In this document: positions 17,876 to 26,619 of the stretch, in pieces
How the letters are laid out: each line of letters starts with the position of its first letter
Numbering within the stretch: position 1 is the first letter of the stretch
NCBI GenBank assembly: GCA_945870145.1
Contig: CAMBQV010000002.1
Location: 1-50,053, forward strand
Length of the DNA: 50,053 nucleotides
DNA from: Akkermansia muciniphila
GTDB taxonomy: Bacteria; Verrucomicrobiota; Kiritimatiellia; RFP12; UBA1067
Direction: 5' to 3'
The notes under the pieces: generated by a model
The model's input: the letters and a program-made list of their open reading frames with translations, nothing else
What the model was told of the DNA's origin: nothing
Database searches by the model: none
Translations under genes and position numbers: made by a program

Positions 17876-19615
17876 TTACTTACGCCAGACGGGAACGAAG
17901 AGGATGCGCGCACGCTCCTCGGTGCCATCTGCCAAAATACCCCAGAGGAGTGACCATTCGTAACGTTCTGTTTTCTCATGGCCACAGCGCAAATAGGAAG
18001 CCAGAACAGGAATACGCCAATAAGTAAAGTCTGAGCGCACATCCTTCACATGGCGCATCAGGCCGAAGCAGGTGCTGAAATGATGTCGATCCGGATTCTC
18101 TTCCACATTCAGGAGCCAGGTCCTCAGAAGGCTGAAACGATAAAAGGATGACCCTGCGTCGGCCTCCATGAGCCAGCCCCCTAAGAGATCCATTCCTGCA
18201 GAGTGACCTTCATAAGATGGAAAGCGCACAGGCCACGGGAGGTCATTCCCCCAGGAGGCCAACCAGGAGGGGCTTTCCACTGTCACAGGCGTCTTTAAAG
18301 CACGGGATGCCTGATTCTCGCAAGTTTTCTTCTCCGAGGCCTCCTCTGACCAGACCGCAGCGACTAGACGTCCCTCGCGCTGAACGCTCCAGCTCCCCTC
18401 CTTAAAGCGCTCCTTGAGATAATCTTCCATGCGCCATCGAAAAGAGCTTGCAAAACCAGGGCGTTCCCAATAGCTCAACCAGAGTCTCTTTTGCTTGCCG
18501 TCTCCACCTTTCGTGATAAATATCCGATCCCCCATCCAGCCCTTCAGAAAGTCATAATCATCCGCGGCAACAATTTTCTCCCCGCACAACAAGAGCGCGA
18601 TGCCCATCACACCGAGTGAATTGGTCGTGACCTTCTCGTACGTTCTGCCCAAAAGTGCTGGTTCCGGAGCAAAGGTAGCGGGAACAAACCCCTTAAGATA
18701 CCGACGTTCTGGGTAGAGGATCTCCGCTGTTGTCTGTGGCATCCGTCCATCATAGATGCCATTAAGCGCCTGCCATCCTGCATCGCGCCGAAGACGGTTA
18801 CAAAAGACTGCGCCATCGAGGTAGGGACGTGTCAATGCTCCCGTGATAAAAGAAGGGCACCACTTCAATTGCTCGGAGACCTCTGACATGTCAGCATCCT
18901 GCATCAACGATTCAACTCCCCATGCCCCGAAGGGCGTAGCCGTATTCAAGGGAACACCATCTAAAATGCTATCCACGCCGAGCAAAACAGCATTACCCTC
19001 GACAAAGGAGGTCAGCGCTTGTGAACGATCAAAATCTAATTCCGCCTCCTTGGTCCGCTTCGTGAGACCATAGTGTGAGTCTTCGATAGCATGACAGAAC
19101 TCATGGACGTAGACAAACCGTTCCATGCCTTGAAAACCAGCAAGGGATAGCCCATTTGTCTTCTCCTGCTCTTCTACATAGACAAGTCGACGCTCTTCAT
19201 GATCATAATATGCAGCTGCCTCCTCCTGCATAAAAGAGAGAAGCAACGCTTTTAGGGATTGCTCCTTATGTAGCACTCGGAACTGCCGCAAAAGAAGATC
19301 TGACTCCTCCAAAGAGGCCTTGTTATGCGGCTTCTCAAGGTCCTTCTCCATGGAACGCCTCAACTCCTCTTTTGTCTCTTCGCGGATGGCAACCTCGTGT
19401 TGGAGCTTCAAACCCCTCAGTTGTACAGCCATCGCCTGATACTCACGGATCTGGGCCTCCTTGTTATCGCCTTCAGAGATCTCCCTGGGGAGCATCGAGC
19501 AGCCTGTCAACCAGAGAAGAAAAAGAGAAAGCCAAGCAGTAGCAGTTGGCAGTACCAGTTGGCAGTTCGGCCACGTTATAGTTAGGAATCCGCTATGGTG
19601 CTCATTACTTTTCAT
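17876..19615 (-). CDS. Putative lipoprotein with HExxH zinc-metalloprotease motif
   Basis: 579 aa. Lipobox LWLTGC at about residue 38. VYVHEFCHAIED motif. The N-terminal codons overlap a word array (19536-19570), so the start is uncertain. Confidence 0.55.
   Translation of the reverse strand: MKSNEHHSGFLTITWPNCQLVLPTATAWLSLFLLWLTGCSMLPREISEGDNKEAQIREYQAMAVQLRGLKLQHEVAIREETKEELRRSMEKDLEKPHNKASLEESDLLLRQFRVLHKEQSLKALLLSFMQEEAAAYYDHEERRLVYVEEQEKTNGLSLAGFQGMERFVYVHEFCHAIEDSHYGLTKRTKEAELDFDRSQALTSFVEGNAVLLGVDSILDGVPLNTATPFGAWGVESLMQDADMSEVSEQLKWCPSFITGALTRPYLDGAVFCNRLRRDAGWQALNGIYDGRMPQTTAEILYPERRYLKGFVPATFAPEPALLGRTYEKVTTNSLGVMGIALLLCGEKIVAADDYDFLKGWMGDRIFITKGGDGKQKRLWLSYWERPGFASSFRWRMEDYLKERFKEGSWSVQREGRLVAAVWSEEASEKKTCENQASRALKTPVTVESPSWLASWGNDLPWPVRFPSYEGHSAGMDLLGGWLMEADAGSSFYRFSLLRTWLLNVEENPDRHHFSTCFGLMRHVKDVRSDFTYWRIPVLASYLRCGHEKTERYEWSLLWGILADGTEERARILFVPVWRK
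19536..19570. repeat. ggcagt-type word array
   Basis: gcagtagcagttggcagtaccagttggcagttcgg. It shares the exact 18-mer gcagtagcagttggcagt with 33659-33676. Confidence 0.6.
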
Positions 19616-19708
19616 GTGAACCTTTCAAGAAGATGGAAAAGATTAAAGCACCCCCTTCATAAAGTAAAGCAGAATGGCCATTTTCATAAAGAATTCGTTC
19701 GATTCGCT

Positions 19709-19737
19709 TTGACTTTAGCCAGCCATTCTGTTAATTT
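19709..19737 (+). promoter_or_regulatory. Candidate sigma-70 promoter for the tRNA-Pro/tRNA-Asp pair
   Basis: TTGACT (19709-19714), a 17-nt spacer, TAATTT (19732-19737), located 22 nt upstream of tRNA-Pro. Confidence 0.4.
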
Positions 19738-19759
19738 GAAACCCGTTTTTATTTATCAT

Positions 19760-19836
19760 CGGAGCGTAGCGCAGCCTGGTAGCGCGTTTGGTTCGGGACC
19801 AAAAGGTCGAGGGTTCAATTCCCTCCGCTCCGACCA
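19760..19836 (+). tRNA. tRNA-Pro (CGG), CCA encoded
   Basis: CGGAGCG-TA-GCGC-AGCCTGGTA-GCGC-G-TTTGG-TTCGGGA-CCAAA-AGGTC-GAGGG-TTCAATT-CCCTC-CGCTCCG-A-CCA, 77 nt. Confidence 0.95.
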
Positions 19837-19849
19837 TTTTTTATCCTGC

Positions 19850-19926
19850 GGGGACGTGGCGCAATTGGTTAGCGCACCGGACTGTCGATCCGGTGGTCGC
19901 GGGTTCGAATCCCGTCGTCCCCGCCA
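19850..19926 (+). tRNA. tRNA-Asp (GTC), CCA encoded
   Basis: 77 nt, the exact reverse complement of 17715-17791. Confidence 0.95.
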
Positions 19927-19942
19927 TTTTTTATGGCGTTTC

Positions 19943-20734
19943 ATGGAAACAACCCTTCAAGTCATCCTCTTAGCGATTCTGCAAGGCATTGCGGAGTTTC
20001 TGCCCATCAGCAGTTCCGGACATCTGGTTCTCGGCCAAGCCCTTCTGGGCATGAAAGAGGCTGGCATCACCTTGGAAGTCGCCCTCCATGCCGGCACCTT
20101 GGTGTCAACCCTCATTTATTATCGGACTGCGGTGTTGAAGATCATCACAGGCCTCCTCAAGGGTTGTCGTGACTCCTGGCGCACCGCACTCTACATCGTG
20201 ATTGCAGGTATTCCGGCGATCGTTTTTTATCTCCTCTGCAAAAAGCACGTAGATGCCGCCTTTGAAGATCCCACTGTTGTGGGATGCGCCCTGCTCTTCA
20301 CAGGGGTTATTTTAACCTCCTTGCGCTGGATTCCCGCCCGAGATGAACTCAACACCTTTTGGCGTGCGACCTTCATCGGTGTTGCGCAAGCCATTGCCAT
20401 CCTTCCAGGGGTCAGCAGATCAGGCATGACCATCTCTGCGGCACGGTTCTCCGGCATCAGCCCTGAAAAATCTGCCGAGTTTTCCTTTTTAGCCAGCATC
20501 CCCCTGATTGCGGGAGCCACACTGAAGAAACTTCTGGAGTCTTTTCAGGAGACCCCTGCTGTAACAGAAGCCTCACTCTCTCCCCTTTTGCTCCTCTTTG
20601 GGGCTGTAATCTCTGCCATCGTCGGTTATTTCGCTCTGGCGTTTCTTGTCAAAACCCTGCGCGGCCGCTATTTCTGGTGCTTTGGCATCTACTGCCTGCT
20701 TGCCGGTTGCTGTACCATCCTCTTCACGCGCTAA
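19943..20734 (+). CDS. uppP: Undecaprenyl-diphosphate phosphatase
   Basis: 263 aa from METTLQVILLAILQGIAEFLPISSSGHL (BacA signature). The longer ORF from 19595 reads through both tRNA genes and is rejected. Confidence 0.92.
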   Translation: METTLQVILLAILQGIAEFLPISSSGHLVLGQALLGMKEAGITLEVALHAGTLVSTLIYYRTAVLKIITGLLKGCRDSWRTALYIVIAGIPAIVFYLLCKKHVDAAFEDPTVVGCALLFTGVILTSLRWIPARDELNTFWRATFIGVAQAIAILPGVSRSGMTISAARFSGISPEKSAEFSFLASIPLIAGATLKKLLESFQETPAVTEASLSPLLLLFGAVISAIVGYFALAFLVKTLRGRYFWCFGIYCLLAGCCTILFTR

Positions 20735-20780
20735 GGTCTCTCTTTTTGCACTATACGATGCAAAAGGCATCTGGTAATAT

Positions 20781-21206
20781 ATGCGCATGAAAAAGAATAC
20801 CTCTGTGATACCAGAACCCGTCCGGGATTTGTTGGTGCAGGCAGCAAGATGGGCAGCACGCAACGCTTACTGCCCTCATTCGCATTACGCGGTCGGCGCA
20901 GCCGTGCTCATGACCGACGGACAAATCTATACAGGGTGCAATGTGGAGAATGCCTCTTATGGCCTAACACTCTGTGCCGAACGTGTCGCCATCTCCAAGG
21001 CCGTCAGCCATGGCAATCGCACCTTTGCCGCGCTCGCGGTCGTCGGCGGGACTCCTAAAAAACCAGCCTTCCCATGTGGCGCTTGCCGTCAGGTCATGGT
21101 CGAATTCATGAGTTCAGAGAGCCCTGTTTATATTGCGCCTCTGAAATCGGGAAAACCTGTAAGTACGACCGTGGGTGCCTTGCTTCCTTGCGCGTTTCAG
21201 AAATAA
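20781..21206 (+). CDS. cdd: Cytidine deaminase
   Basis: 141 aa. CAERVA and PCGACRQ zinc-binding motifs. Confidence 0.9.
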   Translation: MRMKKNTSVIPEPVRDLLVQAARWAARNAYCPHSHYAVGAAVLMTDGQIYTGCNVENASYGLTLCAERVAISKAVSHGNRTFAALAVVGGTPKKPAFPCGACRQVMVEFMSSESPVYIAPLKSGKPVSTTVGALLPCAFQK

Positions 21207-21221
21207 TGATAGGCGTCCTTT

Positions 21222-21830
21222 ATGCGCATCTACAGTGATTTTGATGATGTCATCTGCGAAACCGCACAAGCCCTTTCCGTTCTTGCAAAGGGCATGTTTG
21301 GTCGTGACGTGCCGTATGAAAATATCGAGTTCTTTAATTTGCAGAAGGCATTCTCGCTGACGGACGAGGAGATTAACCGCCTGATGGACCGCGCGCATGA
21401 GACGGACTTTCTCGTAGCCCTCAACCCGATTCCTGATGCCGTCAGCAGCGTGCAAGCCTTGTCTGCCGCCGGCCATGAAGTTGTGATCGTCACTGGACGC
21501 CAATCCCTCTGCCATGAGGGTACCTCCCAATGGCTTCGCAACCACGGCCTTGGCCATCTTGAAATCCTCTATGTTGACAAGTATAAACGCGCACCCGCCA
21601 CGCTACCAGCGCACGTCCCCAAGATGCTGACCATCGAAGAGCTGCACGAGCTCCACTTTGACATCGCGATCGACGACTCTCCAACCGCACTTGATTTACT
21701 GATGCATCGGACGCAGTGCCACATCATTGTTTTCGACCGCCCCTGGAACCGCCAGTATACCGGGATCCCCCATCTCCGTCGCGCCTTGACTTGGCAAGAA
21801 ATTCTCGCTTTGGATATTATTAAAACCTAA
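21222..21830 (+). CDS. HAD-family 5'(3')-deoxyribonucleotidase-like phosphatase
   Basis: 202 aa. N-terminal DFDDV (DxDxV) nucleophile motif. Adjacent to cdd. Confidence 0.6.
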   Translation: MRIYSDFDDVICETAQALSVLAKGMFGRDVPYENIEFFNLQKAFSLTDEEINRLMDRAHETDFLVALNPIPDAVSSVQALSAAGHEVVIVTGRQSLCHEGTSQWLRNHGLGHLEILYVDKYKRAPATLPAHVPKMLTIEELHELHFDIAIDDSPTALDLLMHRTQCHIIVFDRPWNRQYTGIPHLRRALTWQEILALDIIKT

Positions 21831-21843
21831 GAAAAGATAAAAC

Positions 21844-23862
21844 ATGAAAAACGAAACACCATGGTTGACCTCCTTGAGTTTAGCTCTCCTAATCACGAGC
21901 CAAGCCTTCTGCCAGACACCTCCGCCGCCGCCTTATGTGGGTGTCTCCTACTATCCGGAAATGGGAATGGATAAGGTCGACAAGGATATCCAGCAGATGA
22001 AGGCGATCGGCGTGAACATGGTCCGCATGAGCGAGTTTGCCTGGATCCGCATGGAACCATCCAAGGGGTCTTATGATTTTACATGGCTCCATCAGGTCGT
22101 TGACAAAATGACAGCAGCAGGCATTGCCGTGGTCCTCTGCACACCCACGGCCACACCACCGATCTGGCTCAGTGAAAAACATCCTGAAATCCTGCGCGTC
22201 AACCCGACTGGACAGCAAATTACCCATGGCGGACGGCGGCACTACTGCCCCAACTCCCCGATCTATCAAAAGTACTCCGTACAAATCGCCCAAAAGATGG
22301 CCGAAGAATTCGCGGCCTCGCCCTTCGTTGTCGCGTGGCAGATTGATAATGAGTTCTGGGATGACTGCTACTGTCCCGAATGCGAGAAGGCCTTCCACGT
22401 GTGGCTCAAGAAGCGCTATGGGACGATTGAAAATATGAATCAAACATGGGCAACCGTCTTGTGGAGCCAGGCGTATCAATCCTTTGACCAGGTGCCACTT
22501 CCGAATCCTTCATGTGTCGGCGGACGCCACCACCCCTCGCTCCGTGTCGCCTACCGCCATTTCATGAGCGACAGCTACATCGCCTACTGCGATGCGCAGG
22601 CGTGTGTCATCCGCAAGAAGACCGGAAGAGCTGTCACCACGAATGCACACAATCCTGTTTATCAGCGGATTGACTACGAAGCCCTCTTCTCCGGACTCGA
22701 CATTGTCGGCACCGACAGTTATGCGGGACCGAACGCACTCTTGCGTTTCGCCTTTGAAGCAGACTGGATGCGCGCGCTCGGCAAGCGTTTCTGGCTGGCC
22801 GAGACCTGCAGTACCCACGCAGCGGCCGCGGCTGTGGGTGATAAAGAGTCGCTTGTTTTTTACCCAGGGTCACTCCGCTCAAAGATGTGGCTTACCTACG
22901 CACTCGGTGGCGAAACCGTCAGCTTCTGGCTCTGGAAGACGCACTGGGCCGGACAAGAGATGGAACACGGAAGCCTCGTCTATCCGTGGGGAGAGGAGTG
23001 TGCGAACACACCTGAAATTCGCCAAGTGGCCAAAGAGTTAAATACGCACGGCGACTGGTTCCGCGCGACACGCCCTAAACCAGCGGCTGTCGCCATGCAC
23101 TATGGTGTACCCCTCCAATGGCAATTTGAAGCCAGCGCGATTGCCGCGAACATCAACTATGATGCGGACATCACAGGATTCCATCGCCTACTCGCCAATG
23201 CCGGCATCCCGCGGGATGTCATCATGGCCGGGGCTCCGGTTGATTCATATCAGATGGTCCTCTCGCCTTTTGTGCCCTCTTTGGACGCAGACTTAATGAA
23301 ACGTATGCAAGCCTTTGTTGAAAAGGGCGGCACATGGGTTCTGGGTCCGCTCTCCGCCTGTCGCACGACAGAGACCACAGCCCATCAGGATGCCTGCTAC
23401 GGTGCGACGTTCGAACAATGGCTGGGGGTTCACGTGAGGCACCGCATGACACCCGGGGGTGTCACCCAACTGAAAGACAACCAAGAGACCGTCTCGTGCC
23501 GTCTCTGGTGTGATGCTTATGAGCTTCGCCAGCCCAATCGCCGTGTCCTCGCCTCTTATTCAGGCGGACCCTTGAATGGCTTTGCAGCAGTCGTCGAGTG
23601 TCCGATCGGCAAGGGACGCGTCATCCTGCTCGGCACACAACCCGATGATGCCTGGCTCACGAAACTGGTTAAGCGCCTTACACCTCAATCCACATGGGAA
23701 GTAACCCCCGGTGTTGTCGTTGCTGAACGTGTCACAGCGGACAACAAACCAGCCGGTGCTATTCTGGTGAATACCCAGGCCGAGCCCGCAACCTATCGCA
23801 CCAAAGGCTCAGAAGCAAAGACCCTGCCGAGTTATGGGGTCGAAATCTTGAAAGCTAAGTAA
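21844..23862 (+). CDS. Secreted GH42-family beta-galactosidase
   Basis: 672 aa. Signal peptide, then GVSYYPE...MVRMSEFAWIRMEPSKGSYDF, typical of the GH42 N-terminus. WQIDNE catalytic region. Confidence 0.85.
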   Translation: MKNETPWLTSLSLALLITSQAFCQTPPPPPYVGVSYYPEMGMDKVDKDIQQMKAIGVNMVRMSEFAWIRMEPSKGSYDFTWLHQVVDKMTAAGIAVVLCTPTATPPIWLSEKHPEILRVNPTGQQITHGGRRHYCPNSPIYQKYSVQIAQKMAEEFAASPFVVAWQIDNEFWDDCYCPECEKAFHVWLKKRYGTIENMNQTWATVLWSQAYQSFDQVPLPNPSCVGGRHHPSLRVAYRHFMSDSYIAYCDAQACVIRKKTGRAVTTNAHNPVYQRIDYEALFSGLDIVGTDSYAGPNALLRFAFEADWMRALGKRFWLAETCSTHAAAAAVGDKESLVFYPGSLRSKMWLTYALGGETVSFWLWKTHWAGQEMEHGSLVYPWGEECANTPEIRQVAKELNTHGDWFRATRPKPAAVAMHYGVPLQWQFEASAIAANINYDADITGFHRLLANAGIPRDVIMAGAPVDSYQMVLSPFVPSLDADLMKRMQAFVEKGGTWVLGPLSACRTTETTAHQDACYGATFEQWLGVHVRHRMTPGGVTQLKDNQETVSCRLWCDAYELRQPNRRVLASYSGGPLNGFAAVVECPIGKGRVILLGTQPDDAWLTKLVKRLTPQSTWEVTPGVVVAERVTADNKPAGAILVNTQAEPATYRTKGSEAKTLPSYGVEILKAK

Positions 23863-23887
23863 GCAGGCAACCATTTTTCTGATACAC

Positions 23888-25525
23888 ATGATACAGGACA
23901 AAACTATGGCGCACATTTTTCTATACGGGCCTCCCGGCAGCGGCAAATCAACCATCGGACAGCTCCTTAGCCACCGGCTTGAGCGTAAGTTCATTGACGT
24001 CGACCAAACCATCGAAGCCAGCGCACGGATGATCATCCGTGATATCTTTGCCGCCGAGGGCGAAGCTGGCTTCCGCATCCGTGAACAGCGCGCCCTCCGG
24101 GATGCCGCAGCCGATGTCGAACCGTGTATCATCAGTCTGGGGGGTGGCGCGTTGCTGAACCCTGACAGTCGCGCCTTTGCAGAAGCAAAAGGCGTTGTTC
24201 TCTTCATGGATGTCAGCGTGGCCATTCTAGAACAGCGCATCGCCAATAAACCGAATCATCGTCCCTTGCTGGCCGTCAACACAGACTGTGCGCAACCCCC
24301 TGCAGCAGGCAAGGGAAAGCCGATCGCGCAGCTCCTCGCTGAACGGGCCAGCCACTACGGCTCCTTTCCCCATCGCGTCGTGGTCGGGACAGGCTCGCCT
24401 GAGGAGACCACCGACTGCGTCCAAGCGGAACTCGGACTCTATCATGTCTCAGGCATGGGTAAGCCATATGATGTCGTGATCGGCGCCGACCTGCTCGCCC
24501 AACTCGACAAGCAACTTCAAGCTCTGGAGATCGGGAAAAAGACCGTCATTGTCGGCGACACCCACACCCTTCCCCTCTATGGCGATCGGGTCGTAAAAGC
24601 CCTTCACCGAGCTGGCATCGAAGCCTCTTGCTTTGCAATCCCGGCAGGCGAAGCCACCAAGACGCTCGAGACTGTCTCAACGATTCTGGGGGCCTTTGCA
24701 AAGGCAGGAATTGAACGTACCCACACCGTCATCGCCCTCGGCGGCGGCGTGGTCGGTGACCTCACAGGGTTTGCCGCGGCAATCTGGATGCGGGGCATCC
24801 GCTGGATCAACCTGCCGACAACTTTGCTCGCGATGGTCGACTCTGGCATCGGTGGTAAGACAGGTGCTGACCTTCCAGAAGGAAAGAACCTTGTGGGAGC
24901 CTTCCACGCGCCCAGCGCGGTCTTCATCGACACCTCGACGCTGGCCACACTTCCCGTATCCGAACTCCGTTGCGGACTGGCGGAGACCATCAAGCATGCC
25001 ATCATCGGCGATCCTGGCTTGATCCCGCTTCTCGAACGCTTTTCCTGTTGCAAGCGTGCTGATCCATCCAAGCCCTGTTCAGCGACAACCGATGCAAAAA
25101 CACTGATCCCACTCGTGGCGCGCTCATTGGCGGTCAAGGTCAAGACAATCATCAAAGACCCTTATGAAAAAAATGTCCGGGCATCCCTTAATTTGGGCCA
25201 TACGATCGGACATGCCATCGAACATCACGCCCACTTTTCCATGTTGCATGGCGAGGCCGTCGCCATCGGAACTGTGATTGAGGCGCGCTTAGCCGAGAAG
25301 GCAGGCCTCGCCTCGCCAGAGTTTGCAGATCAACTTGCCACGATCTTCGCCACAGTCGGACTGCCGACGACCTTGCCACAAGGCATCTCGTGCAGTCAGC
25401 TCATCGACGCCATGTTGCGCGACAAGAAAACAGCGAACGGAAAGATCCGTTTCTCCCTGCCGATCGGACTCGGAGATGTGCGCATCCATCAGGTCGTGGA
25501 CGAAGCGCTTCTGCGACAGATTTAA
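23888..25525 (+). CDS. aroKB: Bifunctional shikimate kinase / 3-dehydroquinate synthase
   Basis: 545 aa. The N-terminus has the AroK P-loop (GPPGSGKST). The rest is AroB (GGGVVGDLTGFAAA, NLGHTIGHAIE). Confidence 0.9.
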   Translation: MIQDKTMAHIFLYGPPGSGKSTIGQLLSHRLERKFIDVDQTIEASARMIIRDIFAAEGEAGFRIREQRALRDAAADVEPCIISLGGGALLNPDSRAFAEAKGVVLFMDVSVAILEQRIANKPNHRPLLAVNTDCAQPPAAGKGKPIAQLLAERASHYGSFPHRVVVGTGSPEETTDCVQAELGLYHVSGMGKPYDVVIGADLLAQLDKQLQALEIGKKTVIVGDTHTLPLYGDRVVKALHRAGIEASCFAIPAGEATKTLETVSTILGAFAKAGIERTHTVIALGGGVVGDLTGFAAAIWMRGIRWINLPTTLLAMVDSGIGGKTGADLPEGKNLVGAFHAPSAVFIDTSTLATLPVSELRCGLAETIKHAIIGDPGLIPLLERFSCCKRADPSKPCSATTDAKTLIPLVARSLAVKVKTIIKDPYEKNVRASLNLGHTIGHAIEHHAHFSMLHGEAVAIGTVIEARLAEKAGLASPEFADQLATIFATVGLPTTLPQGISCSQLIDAMLRDKKTANGKIRFSLPIGLGDVRIHQVVDEALLRQI

Positions 25526-25538
25526 TTTAAGGGGACAG

Positions 25539-26591
25539 CTAATGTGAAGAGAGTCCATTGAGCCACAGCAAGGCCGAAAGCTCGCCCTCTTCCTGCAATC
25601 TCGTGAAAAACACCAGCCTCTCCTCCGGGGGCAAATCGAACCCATCGTCACACATTAGACTGAAAGAGTTCACAAGGGCACGAAACTCCGCGATTTCTCT
25701 AGTCCGTTGGGCGACCGTCATGCCGCGGGATTCAAGCTCAGTTTCCTGTGGAAGTCGCGACAAAAACCTCTCCTCCATGGTCATGCTAAACATATTCTCA
25801 ACAAGAGTATGGCCCATCTGGCTCTGCATACTTTGGGCAAGGCTTGAGCCGGCAAGGGCCCACGTCCTAGCAAAATCGATCCTGTCTTCTGTGGCCGATA
25901 TTTCTGTGTGAACATCCTGTAACATGTTCATGAGATTACGCATGGGCGTCAACAGGCGATTCTCCACATTGAAAGATGCCACCCCAAGTGCATCATCCGG
26001 CGAAAAACCCGAGAACACGAGAAATTCCTGTCCATCACTGATCATCTCGCTGACGTAGTTGTTAGCAGTGGTTTTAAGGCCTGCCTCTAAGAAGAGGTTA
26101 AGTGCGCCCTCTCGGCCCCCCTCCTGCAACAACTGTTCGCCAAGTAGGTAACAAGGCACGGCATCGTCTGGAAGTAATTTCTGCAACCTTTCCAACAGGG
26201 CTTTTCGTTCCTTTGTAGGCTCGGCATCGTATAAGACGCAATGAAACAGTACCATCGGGTCATCAGGATATCGAGCAAGCGCCTCCTTCAGAAAGTCCTT
26301 GTTCATACTCGCTCGAAACGCTTGCAGAAGTCTGCGCGCGTCGCGGCCATAATTAGTCAGATAGGTTTCAATCAGATTCTCCGCCTCAGGTGGCGTCTCT
26401 GGTTTGTTCATCTCAGGGAAAACTGATGGATGATTCGTTTTGACCCCAGTCCCAACAGAAACAGCAGCGATCTTTGTGGGTACACCAGCTTTTGAGACTT
26501 CTGCCGTTTCAGGCCGCTCTCTCGTCCATATCCAAAGCAGTATCACCACACCTAGAATAGCCACCCCAACTATTAGAAATCTTTTAGACAT
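25539..26591 (-). CDS. Membrane-anchored hypothetical protein
   Basis: Start taken at MSKRFLIVGVAILGVVILLWIW (26591). The ORF extension to 26654 would overlap the GH32 3' end. Confidence 0.5.
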   Translation of the reverse strand: MSKRFLIVGVAILGVVILLWIWTRERPETAEVSKAGVPTKIAAVSVGTGVKTNHPSVFPEMNKPETPPEAENLIETYLTNYGRDARRLLQAFRASMNKDFLKEALARYPDDPMVLFHCVLYDAEPTKERKALLERLQKLLPDDAVPCYLLGEQLLQEGGREGALNLFLEAGLKTTANNYVSEMISDGQEFLVFSGFSPDDALGVASFNVENRLLTPMRNLMNMLQDVHTEISATEDRIDFARTWALAGSSLAQSMQSQMGHTLVENMFSMTMEERFLSRLPQETELESRGMTVAQRTREIAEFRALVNSFSLMCDDGFDLPPEERLVFFTRLQEEGELSALLWLNGLSSH

Positions 26592-26619
26592 AATTTGTTT
26601 TCTCTCTATTCCGATCACA

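Noticed and set aside
17300-17963. ORFs 17300-17812 and 17478-17963, plus the 5' extension 19595-19942 of the uppP ORF
   Set aside because: They read straight through tRNA-Asp and tRNA-Pro genes and repeat units. The peptide motif SAPDCRSGGRGFESRRPRHF is simply a translated tRNA.
20742-20767. Hairpin after uppP as a rho-independent terminator
   Set aside because: It has only a 7-bp A/U-rich stem with a bulge and no downstream U-tract, which is too weak to report as a feature.
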